A stretch of DNA of 58,207 nucleotides, filler included, from Sphacelaria rigidula (Eukaryota): assembly GCA_964200075.2 (NCBI GenBank). It is 10 parts of 10 records of this genome, joined end to end, with 100 filler letters (N's around TTAATTAATTAA, not from the genome) between each part and the next. Parts side by side here need not be neighbours in the genome. Positions count along the whole stretch, not along the records: positions 34,987 to 40,717 come from CAXNAA020024894.1; positions 40,818 to 46,547 come from CAXNAA020024895.1; positions 46,648 to 52,377 come from CAXNAA020024896.1; 7 more parts are not named here. One strand, written 5' to 3'. The first letter of the stretch is position 1, and the number at the start of each line of letters is the position of its first letter. The translations under genes and the position numbers were made by a program. Shown here piece by piece: positions 35,377 through 48,066 of the stretch. The notes under the pieces are model-generated. The model was not told where the DNA came from and made no database searches. It saw nothing but the letters and a program-made list of their open reading frames with translations.

Positions 35377-37765
35377 CAGATACTGGTTGACTGCTGACCT
35401 ACTACGCCAGCACTGGCTGAGTAGCTCAGCAGCCAACCAACATCCATCAAGCGCCAGGCTCTGGATTCGAATCCCCGTGAAAGGAAAAACATTCTTCGAT
35501 TTGGGAGCACCCGGAGTGCGGTCTAAAGGCTTAGAAACTTCGACGTCGCGGAGAAATGCGTTTGACTCGTTGACATTGGCCTCGTTGGTTACAGGGCGGC
35601 AACCCTTGGGTGTGAGCGATCGGTGTTGTGCGACTTACCCACCAAACTTGACTCTCGCTGGATACTGGTTGACTGCTAAGCTACTCAGCCAGCACTAGCC
35701 CAGTAGCTCACCAGTTAAACACTATTAAACAAAATCCAGGTTATAGACTCGAACTACCGAGCTACTCAGCCAGTGCACAGCCAGAGCACGCGCGCTGGCT
35801 GCTTAGCTCAGCAGTCAACAAATATCCACCTTAAGCCAGGTTTTGGGTTCGAATCCCTGTGAAAGCAAAAATATTCTTCGATTTGTGGGCACCCGGGAAT
35901 TGGTCGAAATGCGTGAGGGCTTCGACGTCGCGGAATGCAGTCGCCTGGTTGACGTTATCAGCGTTGGTTACAGGGGTAATATCCCCGGTTCTGTTCGGTA
36001 ATTGATGATGATCTCGGCAACTAATCTCCAATTCACTAGGGCTCATGGCCCAGGAATAGTGACATTAAGGTGGCGAAGTGGTGATCACGTCAGGACCCAT
36101 CTTCATGCCACCATTCCTGGGCCATAAGCCCTAGTTAATGAGATGAGTTGCTGATATAATCATCAATTACCGAACACGGCAGCGCATATCGGCCGAAAGT
36201 GCGGACTAATCATCCGTACAGCGATGATTTAGGCCAAGGAAGTCGTTGGTCCATCGGAAGGTCGCGCCCGTACTGTACAGGAAAAGGAGATGAGTTGACA
36301 CCTTGACTGAGGGTCGTTAACGCAGTGGAGAAACAGCGGCGGCTGCGGGAAGCTCCCCACACCGGACGGCGCGCCGGTAGGTCGTCGGTGCAAAAGGGAC
36401 TTAGTCTTTGAAGTTGTTGTTAGACAGTATCGACGAAGGGCAGGACTTATGCAAGCCCAAGCAGGAGATAGACGTGGTGGTTGCCGGTGTCCACCAACAT
36501 AGTCCTCAAGTCCGATCAGCTACTGGGTCAGCGGAGTAGTGGGCGTTGTTCGTGCGGATTGAGAACCCGCCATCACTACTACGGATTTGAAGAGGCTTCA
36601 GAGCAGCAGGGAGCTGATGGATTCCATGCTGCTGATACCGTGTGCGTAGGTGCACTTGGCAAGATGTTTGTCTACTGCTGTGTGTACTTCCAGTACTACG
36701 TACAGCTGTCGGTATGATGCCCAGGCGTGAATTTTCCGATAGTTACCACGATAAATTGGATTTTCGTATGATGTAGATGTACGCCAATGTTCATATATTC
36801 CATTGACAGACGGGATAGTACAATATGATGGGGCAATGCTGTAGTAGCCGCCAAAGCGTGTTGTCTGTTCGCTGTTTCCTGTGTGATGTTGCCTGTTTGC
36901 AGGGAGAAGTCATCCCCGTTCGATGAAGGCAAGTAGCGTTGAAGGGCTCATCCAATGCGGTCGACTAGTTGCCATCATCAGCGTTGGTTACGGGGATGAC
37001 AACTCTGGGGTGTGAATACTCGCCCTTGTGCGACGGAGTCACCGAACTTGATTTTTGATGAATACGGAGTGACTTCTGAACTACTCAGATCAGTTCATTG
37101 CTGAGCTACTCAGATAAGCTTCGCCGAGTAGCTCAGCAGTCAACCGATATCTAACAGAGGTCAGGTTCTGGGTTCGAATCCCTTTGCAGGTAAAACTATA
37201 CTTTAACTCTTGAGCACCCTAGGTTTGGTCGAAACGGCTAAGAACTTCGACGTCGCGGAGATACGCCGTCGACTAGTCAACATTGTCACCGTTATTGGTC
37301 ACAGGGATGGCATCCCTTTGATGTGAGTACCTGGAGTTAAGCGATGAACCAGGGATTCCATCCCTGTAATCAACGCTGATGACGTCAACCAGGCGACCGC
37401 ATTCAGCGACGTCGAAGTTCTCAAGCCTTTCGACCGCACCACGAGTGCTCAAAAATAGAATAACTGTTGGCTGAGTCTAAAAACCTGTCGCACGCACCCT
37501 GGGTGCTCAAAAATCGAAGAATATGTTTACTTGTACGGGGATTTGAACCCAAAACCTGGCTTTTGTTACATACTGGTTGACTGGTGCGCTACTCAGCCAG
37601 CGCTGGCTGAGTCTGCAGCCTTTTGGACGCACCCCGCGTGCTCACAAATCGAAGAATATTTTTACTTGCACAGGGATTCGAACGCAGAACCTGGCTTTTG
37701 TCACATACTTGTTGACTGCTGAGCAGCATTGCTGAGCGCTGGTAACTCAGCAGCCAACCACTATT
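35377..37765. repeat. Cluster of palindrome-headed, B-box-containing repeats in both orientations
   Basis: About six hairpins of the type GGTTGACTGCTGAGCTACTCAGCCAG-CG-CTGGCTGAGTAGCTCAGCAGTCAACC. G(G/A)TTCGAATCCC lies at ~35464, 35846 and 37171, and reverse copies at ~37538 and 37673. Confidence 0.72.
35992..36178. repeat. ~190-nt foldback hairpin (small MITE-like)
   Basis: TGTTCGGTAATTGATGAT...CTAGGGCTCATGGCCCAGGAAT pairs with ATTCCTGGGCCATAAGCCCTAG...ATCATCAATTACCGAACA. Confidence 0.72.
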
Positions 37766-37799
37766 CAAGTCTGACAGAATCTAAAGGCGACTTTACTTC

Positions 37800-38640
37800 C
37801 AGGCCTGCGACGATCGACGGCTTCAATAAGCTGGTGCTTCTCCGGCAACTCAGAGGTAGGAAAACATTTGAATCTTCGTCTCATGACATGCAACTCCGAA
37901 GTCATACTCGTGAATGATGAGCACTCGGCTGCGCTTTTGAGCAACACTAAACTGCGAACGAAAGCGCAAGGCGGCACCAAAGTGGAAGACTATGATCCTC
38001 TGAGTCCAGCGAACGAGATTTTTCTGCTCGTGGATACCAACATAGAACCTCACCACCACCAGCAGCTCCGTTGATGATGTATGTCGTGCTAGATGTTATG
38101 TTGCACGGTGCCTCTCCGCCGTCGTCGCAGATGACTCCTGCATCGATGACTGGGGAAGTGCAGCAGCAATCAGAATGTAACAGGGTTGTAAGTGTGACAA
38201 AATCAAAGGTGATTCCAATTCCAGGCCCCCGACGATCGACGGCTTCAATAAGCGTTTGCTTCTCCGGCAACTCAGAGGTAGGAAAACATTTGAATCTTCG
38301 CCTCGTGGCATGCAACTCCGAAGTCATACTCGTGAATGATGAGCGCTCGGTTGCGCTTTGGGGCAACACTAAACTGCAAACGAAAAGGGAAGGCGGCACC
38401 AGAGTGCCAGACTATAGTCCTCTGAGTCCAGCGAACAGGACCTCTCTGCTCGTGGATACGAACATGGAATCTCACCACCACCAGTAGTTTCGTTGACGGT
38501 GTCTGTCGTGCTAGAAGTTACGGTGCTTTCACTGACGGTGTCTGCGGCGCTGGAATTTATGGTGCACGGTGCCTCTCCGCTTTCGTCGCAGTAGACTCCT
38601 GCATTGATGATTGCGGTAGTGCAGCAGTCACCACCATTGA
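37800..38640. repeat. ~420-bp tandem duplication of the 3' half of the Cys-rich exon plus the following intron
   Basis: 37800-38170 matches 38222-38630. The translations DCC...AGVICDDGGEAPCNI and DCC...AGVYCDESGEAPCTI correspond. Confidence 0.85.
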
Positions 38641-38772
38641 GGCCAGCGCTCTCGGCCCGTGCCGCACAACCAGTCCCGCCGCACATCCCGCACTCGATCG
38701 AACAACATTGACCATCGCTCTCTACACCGACAATACCGTTACTACAAGTAGTCTCCACCTGGGCGAGCGCCA
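38476..38772 (-). CDS. Exon encoding a cysteine-rich extracellular module (C..G....CC...CG.CGG.GC...CC...I..AG..C.....PC.I) followed by a Ser/Thr linker
   Basis: TTCACAG acceptor and G|GTGAG donor bound a 297-nt symmetric phase 1-1 exon. It encodes TCSNGIVGVESDGQCCSIECGMCGGTGCAARAESAGLNGGDCCTTAIINAGVYCDESGEAPCTI, a motif I recall from brown-algal secreted proteins. Confidence 0.75.
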
Positions 38773-40084
38773 CTGTGAACAGTGCATGCATGACCGAACA
38801 AATGTGGGTACAAGGGACTTATACGTGTGTGCTCAGGTCGGGCTGCGGAGGGTTGGTTAGAACGCGGACAGAATGTGGCCAGATTGCTCGGCAGTGCTTG
38901 CGTCGAACCTGCGCGACAATCGCTTGGAAACGTATGTATGCTGCCGGTTTTGATCATCACTTCAACCAGTAAATCATGCGAACCAACATTTCTGCTCCAG
39001 GTGGCAGGCGAGTGTTTCTCGTTCCAAGCAACCGGTACGAATAATATGGACGCACGTATGCCCAATGGCACGACAGAATATCAATTACCGTTATACACCG
39101 TGCACGCACAGCAGAAGGGATGAAAGGGATACTGCAGTCTACCGCGGACGACAAAATACGGTGAAATCGTTCCAAAGTAGCAACACCTGGCAATGCTGCA
39201 CTGATCTGGCAGTGTGTTGTACCACTACTGATGAACGATGAGAATACGGGCCCCTCTCCGTGCTATTGTACATTGACTTCATCCTTCTATGTTTTACTGG
39301 CGCATAACCGTAAACATCGTGTAACGTCCCATCATCATGCGCTTTTTGTTGTATTACTGCATTGCCTATATCTATCTGGACATTTCCTTTTGTTTCGTGG
39401 ACGAGTTGGATGAGCTGACAGCTTCTTTTGGTATCGCCATAATATCTGTCGTGATGAGGTGCAATGTGCTGTGGCCATTCGATCGTAATGCATTAAGGCA
39501 TAGTACAGAGGGACACAGGTGGGAAAAGGCTGGCTGAAATATCGGTTACTTATCGACCTAGAACTGCATGTAGTTCCAAGAGTCGTGGTACCGTACTAGG
39601 GGGGGGGGGGGAGGGAGGGGGAGGTTGTTTGTTCCATTTCTCCCACGAAATTCCACTTTCTTCGAATTGCCGTTGGAAGCATCGACGATGAGTTTTGGTA
39701 CGTGTTTGTTACCGATAAATAGCACACAGTTAGATATGTGAATCGCTCACAAAACATATAGGAAATTTCCCCCCAAAAGTGTCCTGGCTCTTCCTGATGG
39801 ATAAATCGAGCCAGTCAGAAACAAAGGGTCCGTCCGGTCGGTTCCATGAGAACCCCAGAAGGCGTTCTGCGCACGCTACAAGCACTACCGCAGGTGCAGT
39901 GCTCATGGTGGAACTGATTATTCATTTTTCAAGTGAAGATTATTTGACGCAGATGACCCATCCTCGGGGTGACTATAGACAAACCCGAATAAAACAGAGG
40001 ACAATGGCAACAGTAGTACAATGCAGTACAAAAGCTGTGTGGTACAGTGCAGTATTGTCTCATCTCCCCCTCAACTGCAGAATA

Positions 40085-40717
40085 ATTGAAAAGGGTGAGG
40101 CACAGAGAGGCAGGTTGGACGTCATCCTCAGAGACCCGCACCTAGTCACTAGGATCAAGAGATGTATCGTGATGAACATGATCGTAACGAAGCTGGAATA
40201 TGCGGGAGGAGTATGGGAGGGGAATGTGAAGTTGGTGGAGAGGTTGGACACAGTACGGATGGCAGCAGCTAAGAAAATACTTGGATGCTCGAAAACAACG
40301 AGTAATACAGCTTTGAGAGCAGAGTTGGGAATGTACTCACTTGATCCAAACAGAGACATGAGAAAATTTCGATGGCAGTATAGCGTAAAGAACGTGCAGA
40401 GAAAGATATTGCCAGCTATAGTTGATAGGGCTGCATGGAAGAAGATTACGAAAGGGAAGGCTGGAATCAGGTGGGATAAAGAAGCCGACAAAATATGAAA
40501 GGAGGTAGGAAGAAACCGAGCCCAAATACTGTCCATAGCTGAATACGTAGGGCACAAGACAGAAATACGACATATGATAGAAATGAGGGAGAAAGGAGCG
40601 CTCAGACGCAAAGTAGACGAGGAAGAACACCTGGAGATACACGGGTGGTTGAGAGAGGGGATAGGGATGACAGCATATTTGCATGGCCCAATAAAAGAAA
40701 AAAAAAATATGAAATTG
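40085..40717 (+). mobile_element. LINE ORF2 fragment downstream of the RT domain (degenerate)
   Basis: KLEYAGGVW...AAKKILGCSKTTSNTALRAELGMYSL...W...YLHGP. The RAELG motif is typical of non-LTR ORF2. Confidence 0.85.
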
Positions 40718-40817
40718 NNNNNNNNNNNNNNNNNNNNNNNNNNNNNNNNNNNNNNNNNNNNTTAATTAATTAANNNNNNNNNNNNNNNNNNNNNNNNNNN
40801 NNNNNNNNNNNNNNNNN

Positions 40818-40918
40818 CAAAGGGCACGGGCGAGGAGCTTCCTCTCTGTCGTTGCTCCTCTCTCTGGTGACATCGTCATCGACACGCGTGTACACCGCAT
40901 TCCGTTGGGTGCACCTAG
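40818..40918. repeat. Fragment of the large foldback element arm family
   Basis: GGGCACGGGCGAGGAGCTTCCTCTCTGTCGTT...ACACGCGTG..CACCGCATTC matches 45370-45465. Confidence 0.7.
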
Positions 40919-42856
40919 CCAGAGTTGCTTAACCCTTGGACGGCGGTGCCCGTAGTCCATCTGGACCACGCGCGTACTTTTTCCAAGTGAATGTTGATGA
41001 CGATTCAGCAGGTGACCTACTCTCGCGGTCTGACGGTCGAGTCCTCCTGCGGAGTTTGGGGGGGGGAAATACTTTTGCTCTGTGTTACTCTTTTGTATCT
41101 TCCCTGCAAGAGAGAAATGCGACTTCAGCCCCATTATAGTGTTGAACCCCAAAATTTCAAATCGGCTCTTTAGAATGGAAATTCATTATCCAACCGCCAA
41201 GTTTTCTTCCCTGCGGCCGCTACGACAACTGAGATGCCCAAACGCCTCGGTTTTGGGGTGCTCGGTCGGGTACAGACTGACATTTTGGTGGTGAAGGTTC
41301 AATTTTGTATTCTGGCGAAAAAACATGAGAAGGAAAACGTTTACGGACACCATTTTTCGATTTTCCTCATTTTCGACCGCCTCGGGGGGAGGAGGGGGGG
41401 GGATATAACGTATTTCAATCAGTGAGACCCGTCGGGGAAAGCACTGTGTTGGGCTTCTCATTTCAGTGTACAACCTCGTTCTTCAGATTTGTCTGTTAAA
41501 GCACTTTTCGCACATTCTGTCTTTTTTTCACCATCCTTCCGATTCTCCCTCTGATCGCAGTTTCCCATAGCCCATTTCTTCATGCTGTATCATAGGCCTC
41601 CTGTACGTCTAGAAAGAAATAGTACGGTGCTACCTGCGCTTTCCTACCTTGAAGTATTTCACTGATGTATACACGTGGTCCACGCAGCTACGGCTTCGTC
41701 TCAGCGCTGCTTGCTCCTGGCGGAGATTTTTTTCCTCCTTGAGGCTTTTTTTTGGGGGGGGTGGGGGGGTGGGGGGACATGAAGGAGGCTCTACGATCAC
41801 AGCGAGTGATGATAAAAAAAAACAAGAGAAAGGGAAGGAGAGCGCAAAATATGAACCAATACAAAAAACTATGAAAAAAGAGTTGGTTGAATATTCTCAC
41901 GTATATGAGAACGGTGTGAAAACTAAATAGGAAGGACATGGAAATGGTACATCTTTATTAATGAGCGACGATCGAAGTACCTACAACAACTAACTGTACT
42001 ACCAGGGAGGAACCCGTACTTGCTGTAGCACGGGATGGATACCATGAGGTATCCCGCCGGTATTCGACGGCTTACCGGTCAGTGAAAACGCAAAACGAAA
42101 AAGATACAGTACCGAGTTTTCACCCGTACTAGGCAAGCGGTGACAACCTCTTTTACATTAATGGACAATCGAACACATCACATTTTGGCAAGAGAAACGT
42201 TTGTATCCAAAAGCAATCGGAGATTTGGGAGAGAAAATCAAACGTACTGGAGATTAAGAGCTCTAAGTCCCGCATTTCGGGGGCAGAAAATGGACTGAAG
42301 CGCCAATATTGGCTTTTTTCGGAGTGGATATATTGAACATGTATGTAAATATTCGTGGCGCAAGACGCGGAGTCAAGAGGCGTTAAGGCCCACTCACTTG
42401 CGCAGCTCCTCCGTGCCAAGTTCTTCCATTGGAGATCGGACTATCTGGCGTGACTGGCGCAGGCGCGGTTTCTTGTGACGAACTATGCGGTTCTCATACC
42501 TGAGTTTTGAATACATTTGGTACTATCAATCCGACGAGTTCCGTCGGCTTTGCTGATCCCGAGTCACGTTTTTGTTTTGCAATTCGTCGTGGGAACAAAT
42601 GAGAGCAACTCTCACGGGATCCTTTCAAAATCAGAACCCTGCCCGGTTTTGAACTAAATGTAAGACACAGTATCGTATGGGATAAGGTTGGTACGATTTT
42701 ACATAACATTGACCCCCACGATTTTAGATTTCGATCAACGAGCGGATTCCTGATCAAAATAACAGCTGATTATCGAAACTGATAATGAAGCTTTTCATTG
42801 AGGGTGAAAACCCGAAAAATTGAAATGTCTGTATTCACTCCAAATCTTCAAAACAT

Positions 42857-45605
42857 AACAGTGGATCCTGGAAAACGGAGTCGATCTCAAAAATGAGGTT
42901 CAAGTGACATATCTTTTTCGCAGGGATGACGCGACACAGTTACACGAAGCGAAACCACTTCCCCCCCCAGAACTCTGCAGCAGTAAATCAGTTGTGACTA
43001 GGTGCCCTCAACGAATGCGGTGCACACGCGTGTCGATGACCATATCGCCAGAGAGAGAAGTAACGACAGAGAGGAAGCTCCTCGCCCGTGTCCTCTGCGT
43101 GCCCTTGCGCGGTGATCACCAATCGCTCGAGACATGGCATCATCAATGTTACCAGCATATACCCAACTTTCCATATGCCCGTATTCATGTTATTATGTTG
43201 GTGCGCACAGCCCCCCAAAAAACATCGAGCTGCGGAGAGATTTCGTCTCTTCTAGCCTGTGGAGGTCACCAATGCGAAGATCGAATTCTCTCCGCCTCTC
43301 TTTTTGGACAGGACGCGCCTCTGTGCGCTGAAAAACATGTCGTTGAAGAACAAAGCAACGTTCTCGTCCCTGTTACGACTGCTTTCTGTCACACAGATGT
43401 CAGCAAGGCCGGTGCTGCGGCAATAAGAACAGATCCCATTTGAACTTTGGGGGGGGGTGTGATTCATCGTTGGTTTTACCCGATATACCCGATATGTGAC
43501 CATCTGGGCGCCCGAGCACACGAGCCTGCCACAGGCCAGTTGGGGTGTGCGTGAGAGAGAGAGAGAGATCAAACACTTGTGGAGACCTTCTTGACATGCG
43601 GAGTGAAAAAAAGGTACCTATGGTGGTATCTGAAGTGTTTGAGCATGGTGGAGAGGGATGCGGCAATGCTGTAATCTGGGGCTTCCCTTGCTCTACTCTA
43701 CTGACTGCCGTTTGCAAAGACGTCACCCATCGTGACAACATGTATGTACCGAATTTTGGAACAGCTATAGAAACGAAACAGTTCGATTTTATAAACTACG
43801 TCCACATAATTGGAATGACTCTTGTTGCCCGAGGAACTGTGGCTTCCACGTTCTCCTGCCAGATGTGAAAGAACGACAACAAAGTTTTTGCGAGTGCATG
43901 TAACACTCATGAGGGAACAGGGAATTTCTGTATGAAAATTCACCTTTTCCTACCTGCAAACCGTTTCATGCCCATTGCTTTCCAATACGAACCTTAAACT
44001 GTCGACTTCTGTTCGGTTCTGTAGTAATTAGCACATGTCAATGCCAGCAAAGTTTGGTAGTGCCGTTCGACAGAATCTTCGCAGGTTTGGCCGTACTCCT
44101 AGCGGCCACTTTCCCTCAGGTAACAAGAGTCATTTCAATCATGTGGACGTAGTTTATAGAACCAAACTGTTTCGTTTTTTATAGCTGTTCCAAAATTCGG
44201 TACATACATGTTGTCACGGTGGGTGACGTCTCTGCAGACGGCAGTCAGTAGAGTAGAGCAACGGAAGCTCCAGATTACAGCATTGACACATCCCTCTGCA
44301 CCACGCTCAAACAGTTAGGGCAGCACCATAGGTACATTTATTAACCGCGTGATTTCACTCATGGTAAATGTAAGATCCAGGATACTATAACGAGACTATC
44401 GGAGGAAAATGTGGCGGATTAACCGATGGGAAACGGTACTGTTGATTTCCAGATATGGTACTGAGAACGACGATTCGGATCAATTCTCGGAATGTTCTGG
44501 AAAGTGTTGGTTATTCTCACTTTTGGTCTCGAGTGATCCGGAAACGACGGGGAGTTATATTGTGGTATACGGTATGTTTCTGCGGGATGAAACAGGAGAT
44601 ATTTGCCGTAGCTCAAGAAGGATTCTCGACGGAGATGCGAAGGCGCATCTCTCCCCCCACCGTGTTCAGTGTTGTTTGTGTGCGTGTGCCTTCCTACCCA
44701 TGGGCGGTCTGATTTGAATGAGACAATAAAATACAACTATACACTTCTGCTTCTACTACTTCATCTTTGATAGCGGACGCTGTGCGAGATTGCCTTCTAC
44801 GTTTTTGGTTGAGCATTGGGTGCTCGAGCCATGTAGCTCTAGACTCCACCGAACAACGTTTTTTTCATTCCGTATGTCAAGAAGGTCTCCACAAGTATTT
44901 GATCTCTCTCTCTCTCTCACGCACACCCCAACTGGCCTGTGGCAGGCTCGTGTGCTCGGGCTCCCAGATGGTCACATATCGGGTAAAACCAACGATGAAT
45001 CACACCCCCCCAAAGTTCAAATGGGATTTGTTCTTATTGCCGCAGCACCGACCGTGCTGACATCTGTGTGACAGAGAACAGTAGTAGCGGTGACGAGAAC
45101 GTTACTCTGTTCTTCAACGACATGTGTTTCAGCGCACAGAGGCGCGTCCTGTCCAAAAAGAGAGGCGGAGAGAATTCGATCTTCGCACATTGGTGACCTC
45201 CACAGGCAAGAAGAGACGAAATCTCTCCGCAGCTCGATGTTTTTGGGGGGGCTGTGTGCACCAACATAATAACATGAATACTGGCATATGGAAAGTTGGG
45301 TATATGCTAGTAACATTGATGATGCCAGTCTCTCGAGCGATTGGTAATCGCCGAGCGAGGAAAGGCAGAGGACACGGGCGAGGAGCTTCCTCTCTGTCGT
45401 TACTTCTCTCTCTGGCGATATGGTCATCGACACGCGTGTGCACCGCATTCGTTGAGGGCACCTAGTCACAACTGATTCACTGCTGCAGAGTTCTGGGAGG
45501 AGAGGTGGTTTCGCTCTGTGTAACTGTGTCGCGCCATCCCGGCAAAAACAAATGTCACTTGAACCTCATTTTTGAGATCGACCCCGTTTTCCAGGATCCA
45601 CTGTT
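42857..45605. mobile_element. 2.75-kb foldback transposon with ~750-bp inverted arms, a nested inner inverted repeat and a 4-bp TSD (ACAT)
   Basis: ACAT|AACAGTGGATCCTGGAAAACGG ... CCGTTTTCCAGGATCCACTGTT|ACAT. Arms span 42857-~43610 and ~44860-45605. The inner IR spans ~43612-43870 and ~44100-44337. Confidence 0.88.
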
Positions 45606-46647
45606 ACATGGCTCCATTCCTCTACCTACTGGTTGGTCTTGACAACTGCTACACGCCATGCAAATTTAGATCGCGATAACCCAAAAGTTAGGGTCCTAGG
45701 TCGGGTGACGTTTAGGATTACTTTATCTATACTTGTTGTGATGCGGGAGAAGGTATGGTTGCAACACTCTCGTCCGTTTTCACGGACTGCGAGTGCCTTA
45801 CCCACGGTGGTCTAATTGGAGGTGATAATGACTGCAGTTGTTATTTCTGGATATGACCAGCGGGTACGAGGAGTGTATATTTAAGTCGAAATATTGAGCG
45901 CCCATCTGATCATCTATTCGCCAGCTTTTTCGTTTTATAAGTACGTCGTTGGTCGTTATCGTGTTGGATGACGTGGAATGATGCAGTTGAACGATATGCT
46001 ATGTACGCGTTTGATACCTTGAAGTAGTCGCGTTGGATGGATCTGTGTGTGATGACTATTCAAGAGCGTGTGGTTTCTCGCAGAGTAGTTCGGGGAGCAA
46101 CATAGCCAACCCCCCGCCAATTACTCCCGTCTTCACCGTCGCTTTGGATTTCAACCGTACAGTAGAAACTAATCAAACACTTTTCCCAGCTTCTGACACC
46201 ACTGCTACACATCCAGCCTTCTTCTGCTTCGGTGACTGGGTCCTCAAGAACAAACTATTGAGTGCGTTCTTGAGTGAATATTTGATTGAATTCTGCACGA
46301 GATTGTGACGACATTCGGCAGGTTGTTGATCGTGATAATTGCACTAGAAAAATGATTATAAGCACTCAGGAGTTCACGACTCAGCAAACTCTCAAGCAAG
46401 AGCTGATCCTGGGCTAGGTACCACCTTACTGTGGTTTAAACGGTTGGGCGACACCTTTCCACTTCACATCTCGGTCATAAACTAGGGGACAGCAGGCTGG
46501 GTGTCTTCCCCCCCCCCCCCCCCCCCCCCCCCCCACCCCCCCACCCCNNNNNNNNNNNNNNNNNNNNNNNNNNNNNNNNNNNNNNNNNNNNTTAATTAAT
46601 TAANNNNNNNNNNNNNNNNNNNNNNNNNNNNNNNNNNNNNNNNNNNN

Positions 46648-46822
46648 ACAAAGGAATCGACTGGTTTTGTGTGACGTGGGTTGACGCGGTGCGGGAGTGC
46701 TGACCCAATCCGCGGGACCAAAATGAAAGGCACGTACCGGGGGAGAGATGGGTTCATCCCTTGGGACCACGGACTCATCCCGAGGAAAAGGAGGGGTTCA
46801 AAGTGTGAGGGAAAAAAAAAAA
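46648..46822 (+). mobile_element. 3' part of SINE family A with an A-rich tail
   Basis: GACGCGGTGCGGGAGTGCTGA...GGGGTTCAAAGTGTGAGG followed by an A-run. Confidence 0.7.
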
Positions 46823-47119
46823 ATGTATGGGTGTTATCGTGTGCGATCTCAATGCTCTACCCCAAGTTTTGGGTACTTGAAATACCCGTTCGATTGTTAA
46901 AAATGCCCAAATGTAGGAAATGTCCTACTCAACACACCCTTGTAGGTACAGAAATGGATGTAGGTACAGGTACAGATATGTGTGTGTGTGTTGTTATCGC
47001 ATGTGTTCTGCACGCCAGTATACACCTTTCGGTATATGTGGGTCGATCAGTCTAGGTCACACAAGAGAAAGGTCAATCATATATATATATATATATATTC
47101 TTGTTTTAATACTCCACCG

Positions 47120-47360
47120 TCCTTGTGCGGTGCTTTGCGTCGTTTTTTATCGCGAGAGGGGTTCAGCAGTCCCTTTCCCTCGTCGACCGTGAAGTCGAAT
47201 TTTGTTCACCCACGATATATACATATATATTGTTGTTCTTCACTCTGTGGCATGATGTGGGAAAAAATCCCAAATTGTGTGACTTCACCGAGGTTCGAAC
47301 CCACGACCCAACGGTAAGAAGGTTGCGAGAGTACTGACGGAGCCAGCGGGGCAACCAGCT
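47120..47360 (-). mobile_element. tRNA-derived SINE (family B)
   Basis: Minus-strand head GCCCCGCTGGCTCCG...GGGTCGTGGGTTCGAACC, homologous to 28991-29055. Confidence 0.6.
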
Positions 47361-47761
47361 ATAGACAGAGACATATTTGTATTCATAGATGAAGATATTG
47401 CTGTGGTGAAGAGACATCACAGTTTTCGATCAAGAGAGTAACAAACTGCATTTTCGATTCCGTTTTTGTCGAGATCGAATGATTTTTTCCCGCCATCTTT
47501 TCCAAATCATTTGTCGTCGTCTTGTTCCATCGATTCGTCGGTACCCGCAGGTGGACTGTGCCTGATGTGTCCCAAGGTCAAGAGTACAAGATTGCGATAT
47601 GGGATGGAGTCACGGGTGTGTGCGTCATCAGTCATTCCTTCGCGATTTCCAATCCTCAGGTCAGCGGTTTCCTTCGTCGGCGTGCGCTGTCTGTCGCTGC
47701 ATGGATGGCATCGTATTCACCGCGTAGCGCAGTTTAGAAAATACGGCTGAAAGCTTGATAT

Positions 47762-48066
47762 AACAACGTTTTCGTGAGATTGAGAGTAGAGCGCTGATTG
47801 AGAGTTGCTTTGATCATTCGTTTTAAGTCAGCCAATCCTTCATTCGGTGTGTGCTTTTCTTCGCCTCCATCACTGGCGTGTGCTTACAGCTACACGTCGA
47901 TATCCTACTCGGGGATATCAAGGGCCTCAGTGGCAACCTATTACAACAAGCATATCGCGCGCCTCGTGGAGGAGCATTTCGGAACTGAAACAATCCATTC
48001 ACTAAATGACCGTTCTTCACTCTCAATCGTATCCCCTACTCTCAATCTCACGAAAACATTGTTGTA
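47762..48066. mobile_element. MITE with ~27-bp TIRs in a TA-rich context (Tc1/mariner-like)
   Basis: AACAACGTTTTCGTGAGATTGAGAGTAG ... CTACTCTCAATCTCACGAAAACATTGTT. A second copy lies at 13243-13540. Confidence 0.78.

Noticed and set aside
42904..45469. Paired 110-180 aa ORFs as duplicated genes
   Set aside because: They are the two arms of a foldback element, and their frames are not conserved between arms.
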